From Eledone cirrhosa (taxonomy: Eukaryota), in contig OZ024747.1 in the NCBI GenBank assembly GCA_964016885.1, forward strand, positions 38,378,001-38,442,000: a stretch of DNA of 64,000 bases. The letters are read 5' to 3'. The notes under the pieces were generated by a model. The model was not told where the DNA came from. It searched no databases and saw only the letters and a program-made list of their open reading frames with translations. Below, piece by piece: positions 38,922 to 53,531 of the stretch (position 1 is its first letter; each line of letters opens with the position of its first letter). The position numbers were made by a program, and so were the translations under genes.

Positions 38922-39312
38922 TGTATGTATGTATGTATGTATGTATGTATGTATGTATGTATGTATGTATGTATGTATTAAAGGTTGAAAGTTACTTCAA
39001 CATAAAAATTGACTTTGAAAGTATAAGGCTGATAATTGAATGTAAAAAGATTGATAAGAAAGGCCCCCCAAAAAAACTTTACAGGTATTTGTATGTATGT
39101 GCGTATTTTTATGTCGAAAATAAATGGTTAAAGTTACTTATACAGAAAAATATAGTTTGAAAGTGTAAGGCCGATTGAAAAACTTACAGTTTAGTAAATG
39201 AAAGTCAGCTTCGAAATGGAGTTTTAACGCGCTAATACAAACACACACACATATATCCGTCTTTTAGTGTGTCTGTTTATTTCTCTCTCCCTCTTTATCA
39301 TAATATTATAGA
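36436..39312 (-). mobile_element. Helitron, internally deleted, both termini present
   Basis: 5' A|TCTATAATATTATGATAAAGAGG at 39312. 3' hairpin CCCGAGCAACTCCGGG followed by CTAG|T at 36436. RepHel remnants lie inside. Confidence 0.9.
36610..38426 (-). pseudogene. Helitron RepHel remnant: N-terminal Zn-binding region joined directly to a Pif1-family helicase
   Basis: IGEMCFNCQFCNATKWAGEPPAMCCLNGKVTLPPL, PGGTGKT, AATLLPGGRTAHSTFKL, IVWDEC, GDFRKTLPV, LSTNMR, ERAILAPKN and CNGTR motifs. Confidence 0.92.
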
Positions 39313-40337
39313 TAATGATATGCTATTGTTATTTCTAAAACAAACTGTGTATGCGTTGATTGATTGAAATTCCCGCGTTCCTGTTTCTATGACGTCAATC
39401 GTAACCATACCAACATATATGTGTGTGTATGCACCCACATATATGTGTGTATATGTTTTTTTTCAATGTTTCTCTTTTTCACAAACACCTATAAGAGAAG
39501 GTAGCAATTTTAAGGGGAGGTGATGAAGGGAGTAGATATAGGAAACGTATATCATATGAGAGAGGAGAAATCATCGATTGTTGAAATAAATCGATTTTTC
39601 CGTAATTGGGGCATTTTTTACCCAATAAGTTCGCCCATGACCCAAGTTAGAATATTTGTAAACATTCTGCTTAATTATTCATTCAATATTTTTGGAATTG
39701 TGTAAATGTATAAAATTGAAACATACATACAGACACAAAAATCTGCCTTTTATAGAGAATGATATATATATACACATGTAATGTGTGTGTGTGATTGTAA
39801 AACCTGGCCATTTTGTAGACTTTAACACGGCATGTTAATACAGCCACTTAAAGAAAAACCTTGAAAAATAAGGAGAGCTTGCTTTTGTATCCCTTTGTAT
39901 CCCTATGTATTTTCCTCTAAGTATAGTTTTTTCAAAAAATCCCCATTCTTTAAAACTATCAACCAATGACTTCCACCCATCCCTATCACCACCATCCATA
40001 ACACCCACAAAATGTATAAAACCACTATAACACACTGACAGTCGGCTTGCCTGATGATTTCCTCGGAATGAAACAGTTCTAGTCCTGAAGAAGCCATTTT
40101 ACCATTTAATATTTATTCTCTGCTAAGTATTCAGTAACTTACTCACTGTGATTACCCTCTATTGAACCCAGGATACACATATAATATATATAATATATAT
40201 ATATATATATATAAATATATATATATAACATATAATATATATATATATAATATATATGTATCCCTATCCAGGGATAACTTGAACTGTTAAGGTATATTAT
40301 CCTTGGTTATGTCAAAATCTATAAAACATACTTCGTA

Positions 40338-40395
40338 TTTTATCTGATGATAGCGTACCAAAATTTTTGGTACCCTTGAAATATATATAATAGAA
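40338..40395 (+). ncRNA. Type I hammerhead ribozyme (family E); decayed opposite-strand copy at about 40522-40562
   Basis: TTTTAT-CTGATGA-TAGC-GTACCAAAA/TTTTGGTAC-CCTT-GAAA-TATATA-TA-ATAGAA. Confidence 0.75.
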
Positions 40396-40453
40396 TAAAT
40401 ATGGTTTTATAAATATAGTTTCCATTTATTTAATATCATTATATATGTATATC

Positions 40454-40485
<32 letters not shown>

Positions 40486-40617
40486 GAGATCAAAAGATGG
40501 TTAAAAGAGTTCCATGTATTCTATTATGCGAATTTCAAAAACAAATATCATCAGATAAAATAGGGAGACATGATATGAAGTTTTAAAAACACTTGCTAGC
40601 AGTGAAATGTTAAATCT

Positions 40618-40734
<117 letters not shown>

Positions 40735-41451
40735 CATATATATATGTATATATATATATAAGTAATATATATATATAATGTATATAAATACAATATCGGA
40801 GAAAGCTTTTTAGCGATACTCCGGCCAAATTCCAACTCACTCAACAAACATTAGGAAATAAGTGATTATATTCCCAATTATGCGTACGGGGTGCTAACTA
40901 AAAGTATTGCGTGGAAAATTGGCTGTATTATTTCATATGAGACATATCTAATACATCTCTTCCCAGACGGACGTCTCGTTTCATTATAGGATTGCTACAA
41001 TTTGGGTGAAATTATACCAATTTATGTAGGATCTTGTATACCATCAATAGATATATATTCAAGTGGGCTCCTATAATTCATCAGTGGGTGCCCCAATAAT
41101 ACTAATATTGATAATCTAACCAACATCAGCATTTAGCGATAATCATCATTCTCTGTGCCTGAGTTATCTGTCAGGTTGCCAGTCCAGCAGTTTTAAAGAA
41201 GTGCTCAAACTGATTAAAAAAATGAGGAAGTAAATTACCGCTAAAAAAAACAATACATGCGCATGACGATGAATTCTATATAATATATATAATGTATATA
41301 TAATATATAATATATACATATATATAATATATTATATATATATATAATATATATTTATAATACATAAATATATATATATATAAAATAAAATAAAATAAAT
41401 AAGCTCCAATCTGCGTACTGAGGTGTTGGTATACAACATATACTCAAAATT

Positions 41452-41571
<120 letters not shown>

Positions 41572-41703
41572 TATATTCTTCTTTAAAGTAAACAGAGAAC
41601 AAAAAAACATAAAAACGAAAAAACAAAAATAAACAAAAAAACAAAAAAATGAACGTGGATGCGAAGATGCAGTACAAATGTTTCACGCTTGAGAGTGGTG
41701 GCG

Positions 41704-41738
41704 GACGACGTTTCGGGCATAAGCCCTTCATCAGGGGA
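41704..41738 (-). ncRNA. Minimal hammerhead-like motif
   Basis: CTGATGA-A-GGGC-TTAT-GCCC-GAAA-CG-TC; stem I is poor. Confidence 0.6.
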
Positions 41739-41806
41739 AAAATGGGTAGAAAGAGAGTTCCGAGGGTGTGTGGGGGAGAGGTGGAAAGACATTATATATA
41801 TATATA

Positions 41807-41874
<68 letters not shown>

Positions 41875-41875
41875 C

Positions 41876-41978
41876 TAATAGAAAAAACGAGGAACTTTCG
41901 TTTACATATGAAAAATATTGATTGCGTATCGATAAAAATTGTTCATATGTAAACGAAACTTCCTCGTTTTTTCTATTA
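41876..41978. repeat. Hairpin with about 36-bp arms
   Basis: TAATAGAAAAAACGAGGAACTTTCGTTTACATATGAA followed by a near-perfect reverse complement. Confidence 0.85.
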
Positions 41979-42548
41979 TATACAGTCTACCTGTGCATAG
42001 AGTGCTTGATTTGGTACCACACCAGTATTTCATCGTACTACCTACTCTATATATAACATGCCAACTCAGCCTCTGTCTTAACTCCAGTAGCACTCTCTTT
42101 TCGGTTGCTTAGATACATGTGTGTTCGTGTTTCCCATTTCGATATGTTCTCTGCGCCTAATAATACCAAAGCTGTCTGGATGTTGGTAGTTATCATAGTC
42201 AGTTTGTAAATCTTAATTTATGCTGTTAATTGAGTCTTGTGAACCGTATTATCTTTAGTCAGTATTCGCTTCACCCTGGCGATTTTGTATCCCTTGTGAT
42301 TTGAACGCATATATGTATATAGCTGTGTTCGTCTCTCTTTATGGTATTATATATACATATAACAAATAGTTATCGCTCTACATGGCTGAATACAATACAT
42401 GTAATCTGAGTTTTTCGAAGCAAGAATGAGGAGTTCATTCTACTGACATGGCTTAAAAGGGGATGTTTGCATAATTGCAAACGAATAGAATATTATTATT
42501 GATATTCGAAAAATCAGATTATATTTATATATCTATCTATATATCTAT

Positions 42549-43132
42549 ATAGTGAAAGAGTGAAGAATAACATGATCAACAGTACAAAAAGGGTTTATTT
42601 ACAGTGTTAACAATTGTTTCATTGGTTAAGTTGTCTTAAAATTGCAAATCACTTGAAGTTGTGTAACTCAATTTTAAATACGATGTATGTTTAACCAAAT
42701 CATCAGATATCTGAAAAAATTTACATAGCGTTAACAAATTCAAATTACAACTTCATTAATAAAGAAAGAAAAAGAAAAAGAAAACGAAAAAAGAAAAAGA
42801 GAGAAAAAGAGATATCTCTCTATCTTTTTCTTTTTCTTTCTTTAATAATGATGTAATTTGAATTTGTAAACGCTATGTATATCTTTTTCAGTTTTCTGAT
42901 GATTTGGTTAAGCATACAACGTATTTAAAATTGAGTGACACAACTTCAAGTGATTAGCAATTTTAAGACAACTTAACCAATGCAACAATTGTTAATACTC
43001 TAAATAAAACCCTTTTTGTACTCTTGACCATGTTATTCTTCACTCTTTCACTATTATTACTCCAAGATTAACTTACATAGGAACTCCCGAGAACTCATAT
43101 ACTCGCTACCTAAAGAAACCTCTTGTTGACGC
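42549..43132. mobile_element. Family D fold-back element: about 230-bp inverted arms, each with an HHR motif (about 42603-42712 minus, about 42890-42999 plus)
   Basis: CTGATGA-T-TTGGTTAA...TTAACCAA-T-GAAA-CAATTG-TT on the left arm; the right arm has GCAA. AATAAA lies downstream of each. Confidence 0.85.
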
Positions 43133-43167
<35 letters not shown>

Positions 43168-44076
43168 CGTGCGTGTATGTTAGTGTGTGTGCTAGTGTGT
43201 ATGTGTGTGTGCGTGTTTGTGTGCGTGTATGTGAGTGGGAGTGTGTAAATAAGTACGTTTCTATTTCTGGATGAATCATTTTGTATATACTAATTCCAGA
43301 TATTCTACAACGTTTCTCTCATAAACTGGCTATCTCTGGTTATTTCTACTTGGCTATAAACTCCAGCATCTTATTCTCAAACACCTGCTCTATATAATGT
43401 TCTTTCTGTAACACTGGAAGCTATTTACGAGTATAACTATTGAAAAAGAATTAGAAATCATTAGGACAATATGAATTAAAGCACAATTGAAATATGATAT
43501 TGATATGGTATCTAAAAAGTAAATATTTTCCTTTGAATCATTTTAATCAGTTATTATTTAAAAAAATGATGGCCTTTTCATCAGTTTTTCCTTTTGAATG
43601 ACCTTCAACACAACCATCTGCCAATATCTTATATTGTTTCCACTATGTTGAAATCTCATTTATAGATTTGTAAAGGATTATAGAAAGAGAGGAACCTCGA
43701 TACTAGGAAGAGATAAAAGAGCATAAATGTCAACTTATTTACTTAGAAATGTACGCTAGATGATGATATTTGGGAGACATCTGAAATAGTATCAAACACA
43801 AACCGGTACGATAAAACCTGACAGTTGGCGATGATATTTCATGGCTAGAGTCCAAACGTATTATCGTATATCACGTTATATATTCGAGATGATTTTAAGA
43901 CATGATTAGAAGCCTACACATATAATGTATAGGCATATTTTATGCATGTAAATATGCATGTCTACATACATTCGAAGTAATACGTCTAAACAGATACATT
44001 TATAAATGCTACACGAATAATATTTAAGTTGTTGCTATTAAGATATTAATATTGTGGGATCGATTACTTGACCAGA

Positions 44077-44153
<77 letters not shown>

Positions 44154-44294
44154 AACATGTATGACCCCGACGGCAGAGCTCAAGCCCTTTCGACGGCTAT
44201 TTCCGGTGCGTTATGGTCCATCTGGTTCCTTACCACACCCCCTTCGTTATATATATATATGTATGTATTGACCATGTTATTATTCACTGTTTCA

Positions 44295-44366
<72 letters not shown>

Positions 44367-44368
<2 letters not shown>

Positions 44369-44499
44369 TTATTAAAATAACAGATTAAAGTGTAAGCAAT
44401 GAATCGCTGCTTTCACCCTTAACGGGATCTTCTGAAGATACCGTTAAGGGTGAAAGCAGCGATTCTTTGCTTAAACTTTAATCTGTTATTTTAATAAAT
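44367..44499. repeat. Near-perfect palindrome centred on TCTTC-T-GAAGA; a one-armed copy lies at 59238-59310
   Basis: About 66-bp arms. The plus strand reads CTGAAGA-T-ACC-GTTAAG-GGT-GAAA. Confidence 0.85.
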
Positions 44500-44587
44500 A
44501 TTTGCTCCACGGTTCTTATACATTTGATATATATTTATCCTTATCGAGCCCTCTTTGAATTTTAGTCTTCAAATTTATTATTATTAC

Positions 44588-44679
<92 letters not shown>

Positions 44680-47600
44680 TGTTTCTTTATTAGCCACAGA
44701 GGCACAAATGAAGGGGGCACATACAAAGGGGGAAGTTTACATACAATAAAAACGTGTAAAATGTTATCATAAATGGAATTTAAAAAGTTAGTCGATTTTC
44801 CCCAATAGGGGGAGACAGTTTATATGGGTAACACATACCCCCGAAAAAATGTGCAACCCTCGTCTCCAAGAGTACGAAGAGTTTGTACTCCTTTCCTCTC
44901 CTCCTCCTTTTCCTCAACCTACAGGCTGATATAGAGAGAAGGCCCATTCACTCGGGCCATTCTCGCCACTTTCACCCACCTTTCATAAAACTTGCTGGGG
45001 TACAGCACCTCTCTCTCCATCCTGATTCTTCTTCCAAAGTGGTATTTGAAAAAAAGAATCAGTTGTTGGTCGGAGAGAAAGGTGTCTGACCTCAGCCCTT
45101 TCAACCTTGTCCACCATACAACCTCTTTCGCCATAGCTATCACACAAAGGAAAACCGCCTCTCCTTCGTTTTTGAAGGAGGGTGGCGGTTTGATCATGAC
45201 AATGGACTCGGTGGTCAACCGGATTGGTCCCACCCGCGACAATAGTCGTTCTACATAGCCCCACAGGTCAGTCACGCCCGGGCAGTGTATCAATGCGTGC
45301 GCGACGGTTTCTTCGTCTCGCACGCACCTCGGACAGATCTTTTTTGCAGGGTCACTGCCCGGGCGCCCATGTCTGTAGAGCTTGTCTCGAAAGGGTAGAG
45401 CTCCTCGGTAGCACTGCCAGGCCAGAGACTTTTGGAAGTTGTCCATCGGTCCCGGGCGCAAGGTCCTACCGAACAGACTGGCCAGTTCATCTTCCTCTAC
45501 GCCTAGAGTTTCACCGAGCGCGTCGTCGCACTTGCTGCGGATCAACCCTCTATAGAATGACGAAGTGGAGTCTCCACTGATCGCCGGGTCCGCCTGCCAG
45601 AGGGCTGTGAGCGCCTGAGTACATTCGTTGTGCCAGTCGCCCATTTTCCTCGGTCTTTGCTTGACCCAGGACTGCAGCTCGGTCAGCGAGACGAGTCGTG
45701 GGATGGCTCGCCTCACGAACGGGGCCCACATCGGTTGTCCGGTGAGGAATACGTAGAGATGCCGCAGCCTGAGCGCGTGTTTGCGCATCGTCAACCACGG
45801 CATCCCCAGCTCTCCGTTAGAAGGGTGTTGGCAGCAGATGGATCTTCTCACCAAAGGAGCCCGCCTCTTCCAAAGGAATCGGAAGAGCGCGCGTTCCATT
45901 TTGGCGAGCGTTTTGGCTGGACAAGGCAGGACGGTCCAGCGGTAGTAGATGGCGGACGCTATAAAAGTGTTCGCCACCTCCGCTCGACCTTTCAAGGATA
46001 GTTTGCACTCGGCCCACTTCTGGGTGAGTGCAAACACCTTGGCCGTCACTTCGTTCCAGTTCTTCTCCACCTGGAGGTCCGGACCAAACCAGACCCCGAG
46101 CAGCTTTACCGGTCCTTCCGTTCAGCGTCCGACGACGCCACCGGAAGGCATCGGTTTGCCTCTCCACGATCCGAGTTGCAAACCGATGGACTTGTCCCGG
46201 TTCAGCTTCGCTCCTGTGAAACTTTCGTATTCCTTCAGTAAGGTGGCGACTTCCTCGATTTGCGAGGCGCTCGACACCATTACTGTCACGTCGTCGGCGT
46301 AGGCTGACGCCGCTTTCCGCAGTCCCGGTTCCAGAGGGAAGCCCTGCAATAGCTCCAACTTCCGCAGTAGTGGCTCGAGAGTCAGTACGTACAGAAGGGA
46401 GGAGAGAGGGCATCCCTCTCGAATGGATCGCGTAATATGGAACGGCTCCGAGAGGTAGCCGTTCACCTTGACTCTTGAGCAAATGTTGCTGTTGTGCATT
46501 GCAGCAATCCAGCCCCTGAACACGGGTCCGAAGCCTGCCGCCTCGAGCACCGCATCCAGGTAACGATGGTCAACCCTATCGAAAGCCTTAGACTGATCCA
46601 AGTTGATCAGGGCCCCACTGAAGCCGGGTTTACACCCTACCCTCTCTATGATGTATCGCATGAGGTGGAGCTTTTCGTGTATGGACCTGCTCGGGATTGC
46701 GCATGTCTGTGCTTCTCTCACCAGGATCTCGACGACAAGCGCCAGCCTCTTTGCCAACACCTTGGCCAACATCTGTAACTCTGTGTTTAGAAGAGTTATG
46801 GGCCGGAAGTTGCCTATGTCATCCCCCTTATTCTCGTCCTTCCTGATTAGTGTGACCACACCCCCGGTTACAGAACTGGGAATTCTCCCGTTCTGTTGCC
46901 AGTTGCAGTAGACCGCTTCCAGGAGACCGGAGAATAAGTCCGGCATTGCTACGTAAACTTCGTAGGGTAGACCGTCGAGACCTGGAGATTTGCGTTTACC
47001 GCATTGGCTCAGCGCGTCCCCTATCTCAGTGGCTGAAATCGGCTTTTCGCAGAACTTTGCCTCGCAGTCCGAGAGTCGCGGTAGGCCGTCGAGGTATGGA
47101 CCGAAATCAATAGCCTCTCCCGGCGCGCCACCCCCACTCCCGAACAGCTGAGCAAAGTGCCGCTGAAAAGCCGCACACATCTGCTTCGGCTCACGTATCA
47201 CGTGTCCGTTTTGGTCCTTCAAAGACCGAATCGTAAACTTGTTGCCACTTTTTGCCTCCGTCACTCGGGCCCAGCTAGCAGCTTTGGCTCCCTCTTTTCC
47301 CAGAGCACGTATTTTGCTTCTGACAACGCAGCCCTCGTGCTTTGCGTCGAAGAACTGGTCCAAGGCCGTTCTCGTTGCTAGCACGCTGGCTACGTTGCCA
47401 CTTCTAATTGCCTCTTCTACTTTATCTACCAGTTCCTTCTCGGTTCTATTTCTATCTAACGCTAATTCTTTACTAAAAACTATCGAGTCTAATCTAACTG
47501 CCCTCTTGAGAGAGTACCACCATCTGTTGTTGACAATGGCCCCTGTCAAGTGCTGTTTAACTAAAGTGTTAATCCGTCTACTGTAGGATTTGCTTGTTGG

Positions 47601-48700
47601 TAACGACAAGTTCAGCTTCCAGTAGCCGGGTCCTTGTCTATGGGTTCTATCAAGGTTGGCCATGCAGGTCACTAGTTTGTGATCTGAATAGGCAACCATG
47701 AACATTTGTGGACAGCTTAACATGTCCATATCCTTATTTCTAACTAGAACCCTATCTGGGTACGATCTAGATGTTCCGCTACGATTACTCCACGTCCACA
47801 GTGGCGCAGTCGGAAAATCTAGTCGATATCTATCGGCCAGGTCGAATCGGTCGATTAACTGTTTGAGGCTGTTACACCCACTTTATCGGGACATGCTCCC
47901 ACATAGTCCCAACGTGCATCTAGGATTCCATTCCAGTCCCCCACTAAAAGCAAGGAGCGGGACGTTCCCAGATAAGTCTCTAGACGTTTGAAGAAGTCTG
48001 GCCGCGGTGTCCCGGATGAGGCATATGCGGCCACCAGCCTGAAGGCTCCACCTTCACTACCGTCAACGTCTAGGACCACCAGTCGACCCTCCGGGTCCAG
48101 ATGTACCGTCTGTGTTACGAGGCCCAGGTGTTTCCGCAGCAAAACGCCAACTCCGCCCCCACTCCCCGGTTGACAGAGAGATGCGTAGATCTCAAAGTCA
48201 TCGAAGATGGGGGCCAGCTGTCGCTCGCTGTGGATCCTGGACTCGCAAATGGCTACCACATCCATACTGTGTGACCTGAGGTCGTTTAAGAGTTTGCCCT
48301 GTTTCCAGGGCATCCCCAGGCCGCGTACGTTCACACATCCAACTCTTATATTGGCCATGTTGGTGCTGAAAAGTTAAAAGAGGAAAAGAGATCACTCACC
48401 CTTCGTCTTCTGGGGACCAGGCCGCACGATTTCCATGGGGGTGTTGGAGGGGTTGTCTGGATGGGTGGTGGTTTCCGGCGGGGTGGGGACGGAGATGTTT
48501 GGTGGGGTGGGGTCTGGTGGGATGGGGGTGTCTGGGGTTGTGAGACATTTGAGAAGGACGCGGTTGAGTGGTTTCACGCAGGAATTCCCCACATCCTTCT
48601 CAATTGTTTCTTTTAAGGACCTATAAGTTTGTATAGGGACCCTAATCAGTTTTAGGTTCAGTTTTTTTGCTATTTTTAATAGAGTGGGCGAAAGTTTTCC
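44680..48700 (-). mobile_element. Second Tx1-clade LINE family member, 5'-truncated in ORF1, with its 3' end in (TC)n
   Basis: ORF2 starts MANIRVGCVNVRGL (48358) and has GDWN, SDHK, RPITLLN, DQSKAFD, AYADD and CPRC..ETVAHALIHC. AATAAAGAAACATA is followed by (TC)n. Confidence 0.95.
44919..48358 (-). pseudogene. Tx1 ORF2 (APE plus RT), one frameshift and a stop
   Basis: ORFs 47855-48358, 46122-47729 and 44919-46070 are collinear with 25852-29229. Confidence 0.93.
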
Positions 48701-49132
48701 CGTGTATGTGTGTGAGTGTGCACGTAAGAGTGATTATATCCATGTTAAATGTCACTTGCTGAATGAAGTCAACTAAAACAGGAAATCTCTGATAATGTAT
48801 ATTTATAATGTATGTAAATCATGCCTATACAATGAACGAAGCGATTTTTTTTTCAAACTAATTGTTATGACATTTCACATTTCATAACTGAACAATTATC
48901 TTACATCTAATTAACAAATATTTCGGAGCAAACAATTATAAAAATTATAAAACTTACAATAATAAGAGCAATGATTATGGAAATATATTTAAAAAATGGT
49001 ATATAATTAGAATATGATTGATAGAAATAATTCATATGTCTTAGAGTAGAAAAACACTCCAATAAATATCATTAATTTTATATCCATAACTATATACATA
49101 TATGTACATACATATACATATATATGTATGTA

Positions 49133-49247
<115 letters not shown>

Positions 49248-51425
49248 GTAAGTCCAAAGAATCATTAGATATAATATATATACAGTATTTCCTCTCTCAA
49301 TCAGTTTAAATTAACAAAAAAATAATCACTTAAACGACGCTGTAAGTTTCAAATGTACTTATGAAGAAATAATAGACAAATGATACATATTATTTTCCGC
49401 GATGTACAGACATATGACACTTATCTAATTATTTCCTCTAGCCTGTAGAAAATGACTAGTCAAATAGTTAACTACACGGAATTATGTACAAAATAGAAGT
49501 TTGAAGAAAAAATGCACATAAATTTTACCAGATTTCTCACAGGCTCTACCAACAGGTTGTTTCGTTCCGCTTTTTGGATTTACCCAGTCTTGGATAAATC
49601 CACGAGGCTTGGAACACATCAGGAGATACCCCAGACTGGACTAAGTTTCTTCTACCATGATCCCCGCCAGAAATGAATTCAAAATGGCTAAGAACCATTA
49701 CGTGGCCAGTGGTCAAGGCAGAAAGTTTGTGATTGGTGCCTGTCGGCGAGTAGGTTGGTTGCTAGAAAGCGCAGCCGAATACTGCCTAAAGTTTTACTCA
49801 ACCTTACGGGAGTATATATTAAATTCAAAGGGTATATATATAATTAGACATAGTCACAGATACATACATGAGTTTGGCAACCATTCATGGTGTGGCTCAA
49901 TGAAGAATTAATTAAATAATTATTAATCAGAGCTATATATAACAGAGTATGTCCAAGGAATCATTAGATTATATACAGTATTTCTTCTCCCAATCAGTAT
50001 TAATCAACCACACAAAAAAATCATTTAAACGAGGCTATAAGTTTAAAATGTGCTTATGAAGAAATAATAGACAAATGATTACATATATATATATATGTGG
50101 ATATGTGTGTGTGAGTATGTCTGTGTGTGTGTATGTGTGTGTGTGTGTATTTGTGTGTGTATGTGTGTTATATTTTGGGAAGGACATGCTGCCTCCCCCC
50201 CCCAAAAAAAAAACAGATGCACCAATTGGTTTTCACTTCAATTTATAAATGTCCACATGTTTAATTCAACAACCTGGTGTTTGTTTATTTTTTGTCAAAG
50301 CACTTTCGTCACGCATTCTGTGACTTCCACAGTGATTAATTTGTTATGTTGTGTCTTTCTTTTGTTCTCTCCTACACTATCTTGGTCACTGAGGAGGTCA
50401 CTGAATGAAAACCAACAGATGTAACAAAATCGGAAGTATTTTTCCAATCGGTGTATTACCATTAATTCAATAAGTGGAATACCCTACTGTTAATCCTCCA
50501 TCTTTACTTAGATTATTTTTGTGTTTAAAATAACCAGTTGTTTTCTTTTCTTTAGCACCACTGTTTGTTAGTGCTTTACTATATTTATTTATTTCCGTAG
50601 TAAATTGTTTTCTCCTACTTAAACCATTTGGTATGTTTCTGAATTATTTGGTGGAAATACGAATTGATATTAAATATCTGTGGTTAGAATTGGGATATGT
50701 TTGTAAAATTGTAATCTAAGATTAATTTTACGTTAAAAATGCAAAAAAAAAAAAAAAATTAAGGATAATAGTATTGGTAATTTCGAGGTATAATACATTA
50801 CATAGCTTAATTAGATTATTTCCGAATTCGTCTGCATGCTGACCGTTGACATGTTCAGAGATTACCAAGCCATCAATATCGCAGATGTCACCTTGAATAA
50901 TGCTGAACCATAAATGGATCAAATTGAGCGTATATAAGCCGATTAGATTCGTTAGATTAATGGAATCATTTTCCATGCTAACATCGTAATATTCCATCTA
51001 GTCTGCTTTGACTCATATCTCATATTTCATTATTGGAAATACAAGAACTAGCTTCTAACATTTGATTTTATATGTATGCTATTATCTTTATATTGTTTGG
51101 AAAAATCTAAGTTTATAAAAATAAGTGTTTAGTTATTTATACGGTTAATATTTAATGAGGTAAAAAGGAGTGATTGTATGACGGACACATATATTAGACT
51201 ATGGAGGACATGGTGTTTTTCATTGAACAGACTCAGATGGTTTATAATTGTGTATAAAATATTATTCTTAATGATTCCTAGTTTAGCATTTATAGAGTTA
51301 AGGATTCAGAGTCTAGAGTTATTTACATGATTACGAATATTTAAACATAAAAACATATTTTAATCAAAATTATAATTACGAAAGTATTGTAACCGATAAA
51401 GCCCCACACTCAGACGTACACACAT

Positions 51426-51517
<92 letters not shown>

Positions 51518-51663
51518 CATATATTTGTATACACATATGTATACACACATACACACACACGCACACACACATCTATATAAAGATATATATGTATATATAA
51601 AATATAAAAAAAAATAATGAATAAAACAATGAAACAGTTCCTTATATTAAACAAAAAAAGTTC

Positions 51664-51811
51664 ATTATTTAACGATCGTTTCTAGGATATATATGTGTTA
51701 GAATTGGCATGTATATTCAACAGATCTATGTACAAAATTATACAAAATTATACAAACTATCAAAATTAAATATACATACCAACACATATATATGCCGTCT
51801 TCAGGCATAAT
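51664..51811 (-). ncRNA. Hammerhead motif with very long stem II (stem I partly decayed)
   Basis: CTGAAGA-CGGC-ATATATATGTGTTGG...CTAACACATATATAT-CCTA-GAAA-CGATCG-TT. Confidence 0.65.
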
Positions 51812-52603
51812 GAAATATATTTATTGATAATAACAACAATTCAAAATTACAGGTCTGTTTTATCTTTCACCGAAAGTGATTTTTCATTGCATCTCTTCTT
51901 TCCATGATATCCGGATTACATTGAGTTCTTCATACGGATTGGACACTACCGTAAACTCTTGGTAGATTTATCTACATATGTATATATATATATGTATATA
52001 CATGTGTTTGTCAGTGTTTAGATAAATATAGCACTGCCTTCAACAGTTTAGCTATTTTTGAAAATGAGAAAAGATATGATCAATTACGAAGTTTAATGTT
52101 ATCTTGTGCTCCCCTATAGTTTGGGAAACATTAATGATTGTATCCATGGCTACGACGTTCATCAACTCATTTGTTTGCAATCCCAAGAGGTAAACTGGTT
52201 CATGGTTGTTTTTGGAATATAACTAAAATATACTGTTAAGTCTGAGCCGCAAGGCTTTTTCAATGGTATTCTAGACTTCGTAATTCAATTTCGAAATTAG
52301 TTATGACTATTATCATAAAACGATTCTATTTTCTATTTAAAAATCATTTTAGCAACTGTTTATATTACATGAAAATTCATGAAATAAATGTCAGACGTTT
52401 TAATGGTTTTAATGGTTATTGGTAGGTTATATTTGAATTTGTAAATCGTGAGTGTTGTGTATCCGAAATATTTATTAAAATTTAATACTTTCATTGGTCT
52501 TTGTGTTTATAGATACAGAAAATACTACAGATAGCATATTGATAGCCTTGATGTGATTATAAAACAAAGAAGTAATTATATATATATATAACTACACATA
52601 CAC

Positions 52604-52710
<107 letters not shown>

Positions 52711-53531
52711 AGTAAGCTAATTTTTGTGCCGGAGAAATATATATAATAAAATCGTTATCTGCATAATATTTAAAGCTATTCAATCGAATACACTATTTGA
52801 TTTATTAGATATACCATTTCTTAGTTTCGTTCAACCTTGTAGTAATAGTTTAAATTGCAAATAGTGTAGTAATGTGGTCTGTGACTTAGGAGTGTATGGC
52901 AACGTAATTTGAATTCTAAGTGAATTGAATTGGCTTAAAAGCGACCCTTTCAACTAATTTAAATTGATATAACCATATTGTACTGGAGTGTATCTTATCA
53001 TATCGATTTCATTATAAGTTAGTGAACACACTATGCACCATAGATAGACAGAAACGAAATCTGTCTATGCACAATTTGAACTAAGAAATAAAGTACACGA
53101 ATCTGAATATTTTAGGATATTTCGTATGGGTCTCTTCTTCAAATCACTTCTTTTCTGTATTGTTGATGCCATTTGCCATGGCACATTGCAAAATATTTAG
53201 TGTGATCGATTGAATAGACAACACTGGGTTTCATGGGTTGAAACATTATGGTAAGAGACTTATACATTTCCAGTCAGATGGAATGTCTCCATAATGATTC
53301 TCGACCAGCTAGTATTAACTGTTAAATATTCCACAAATCACTGAGAGAAAAAAGGTACATAAAATGTAATTTGATTGATAATATTTCACAGAAATTGAAA
53401 ATATCATATATAAAATGTTGGACAAATAATATAAACTGAAGATATATAGTGTACCGGGTAGCATAGATCCTTCCTGGGCGTTCACAGTTTTCGAAAGGGA
53501 TAACTCTGCTCACTTTTGTTATTATTATTTT

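Noticed and set aside
42549-43055. Inverted repeats as sequencing fold-back artefacts
   Set aside because: The arms differ by multiple substitutions and belong to families with dispersed copies. An artefact remains possible only for the near-identical pairs around 58241-59533.
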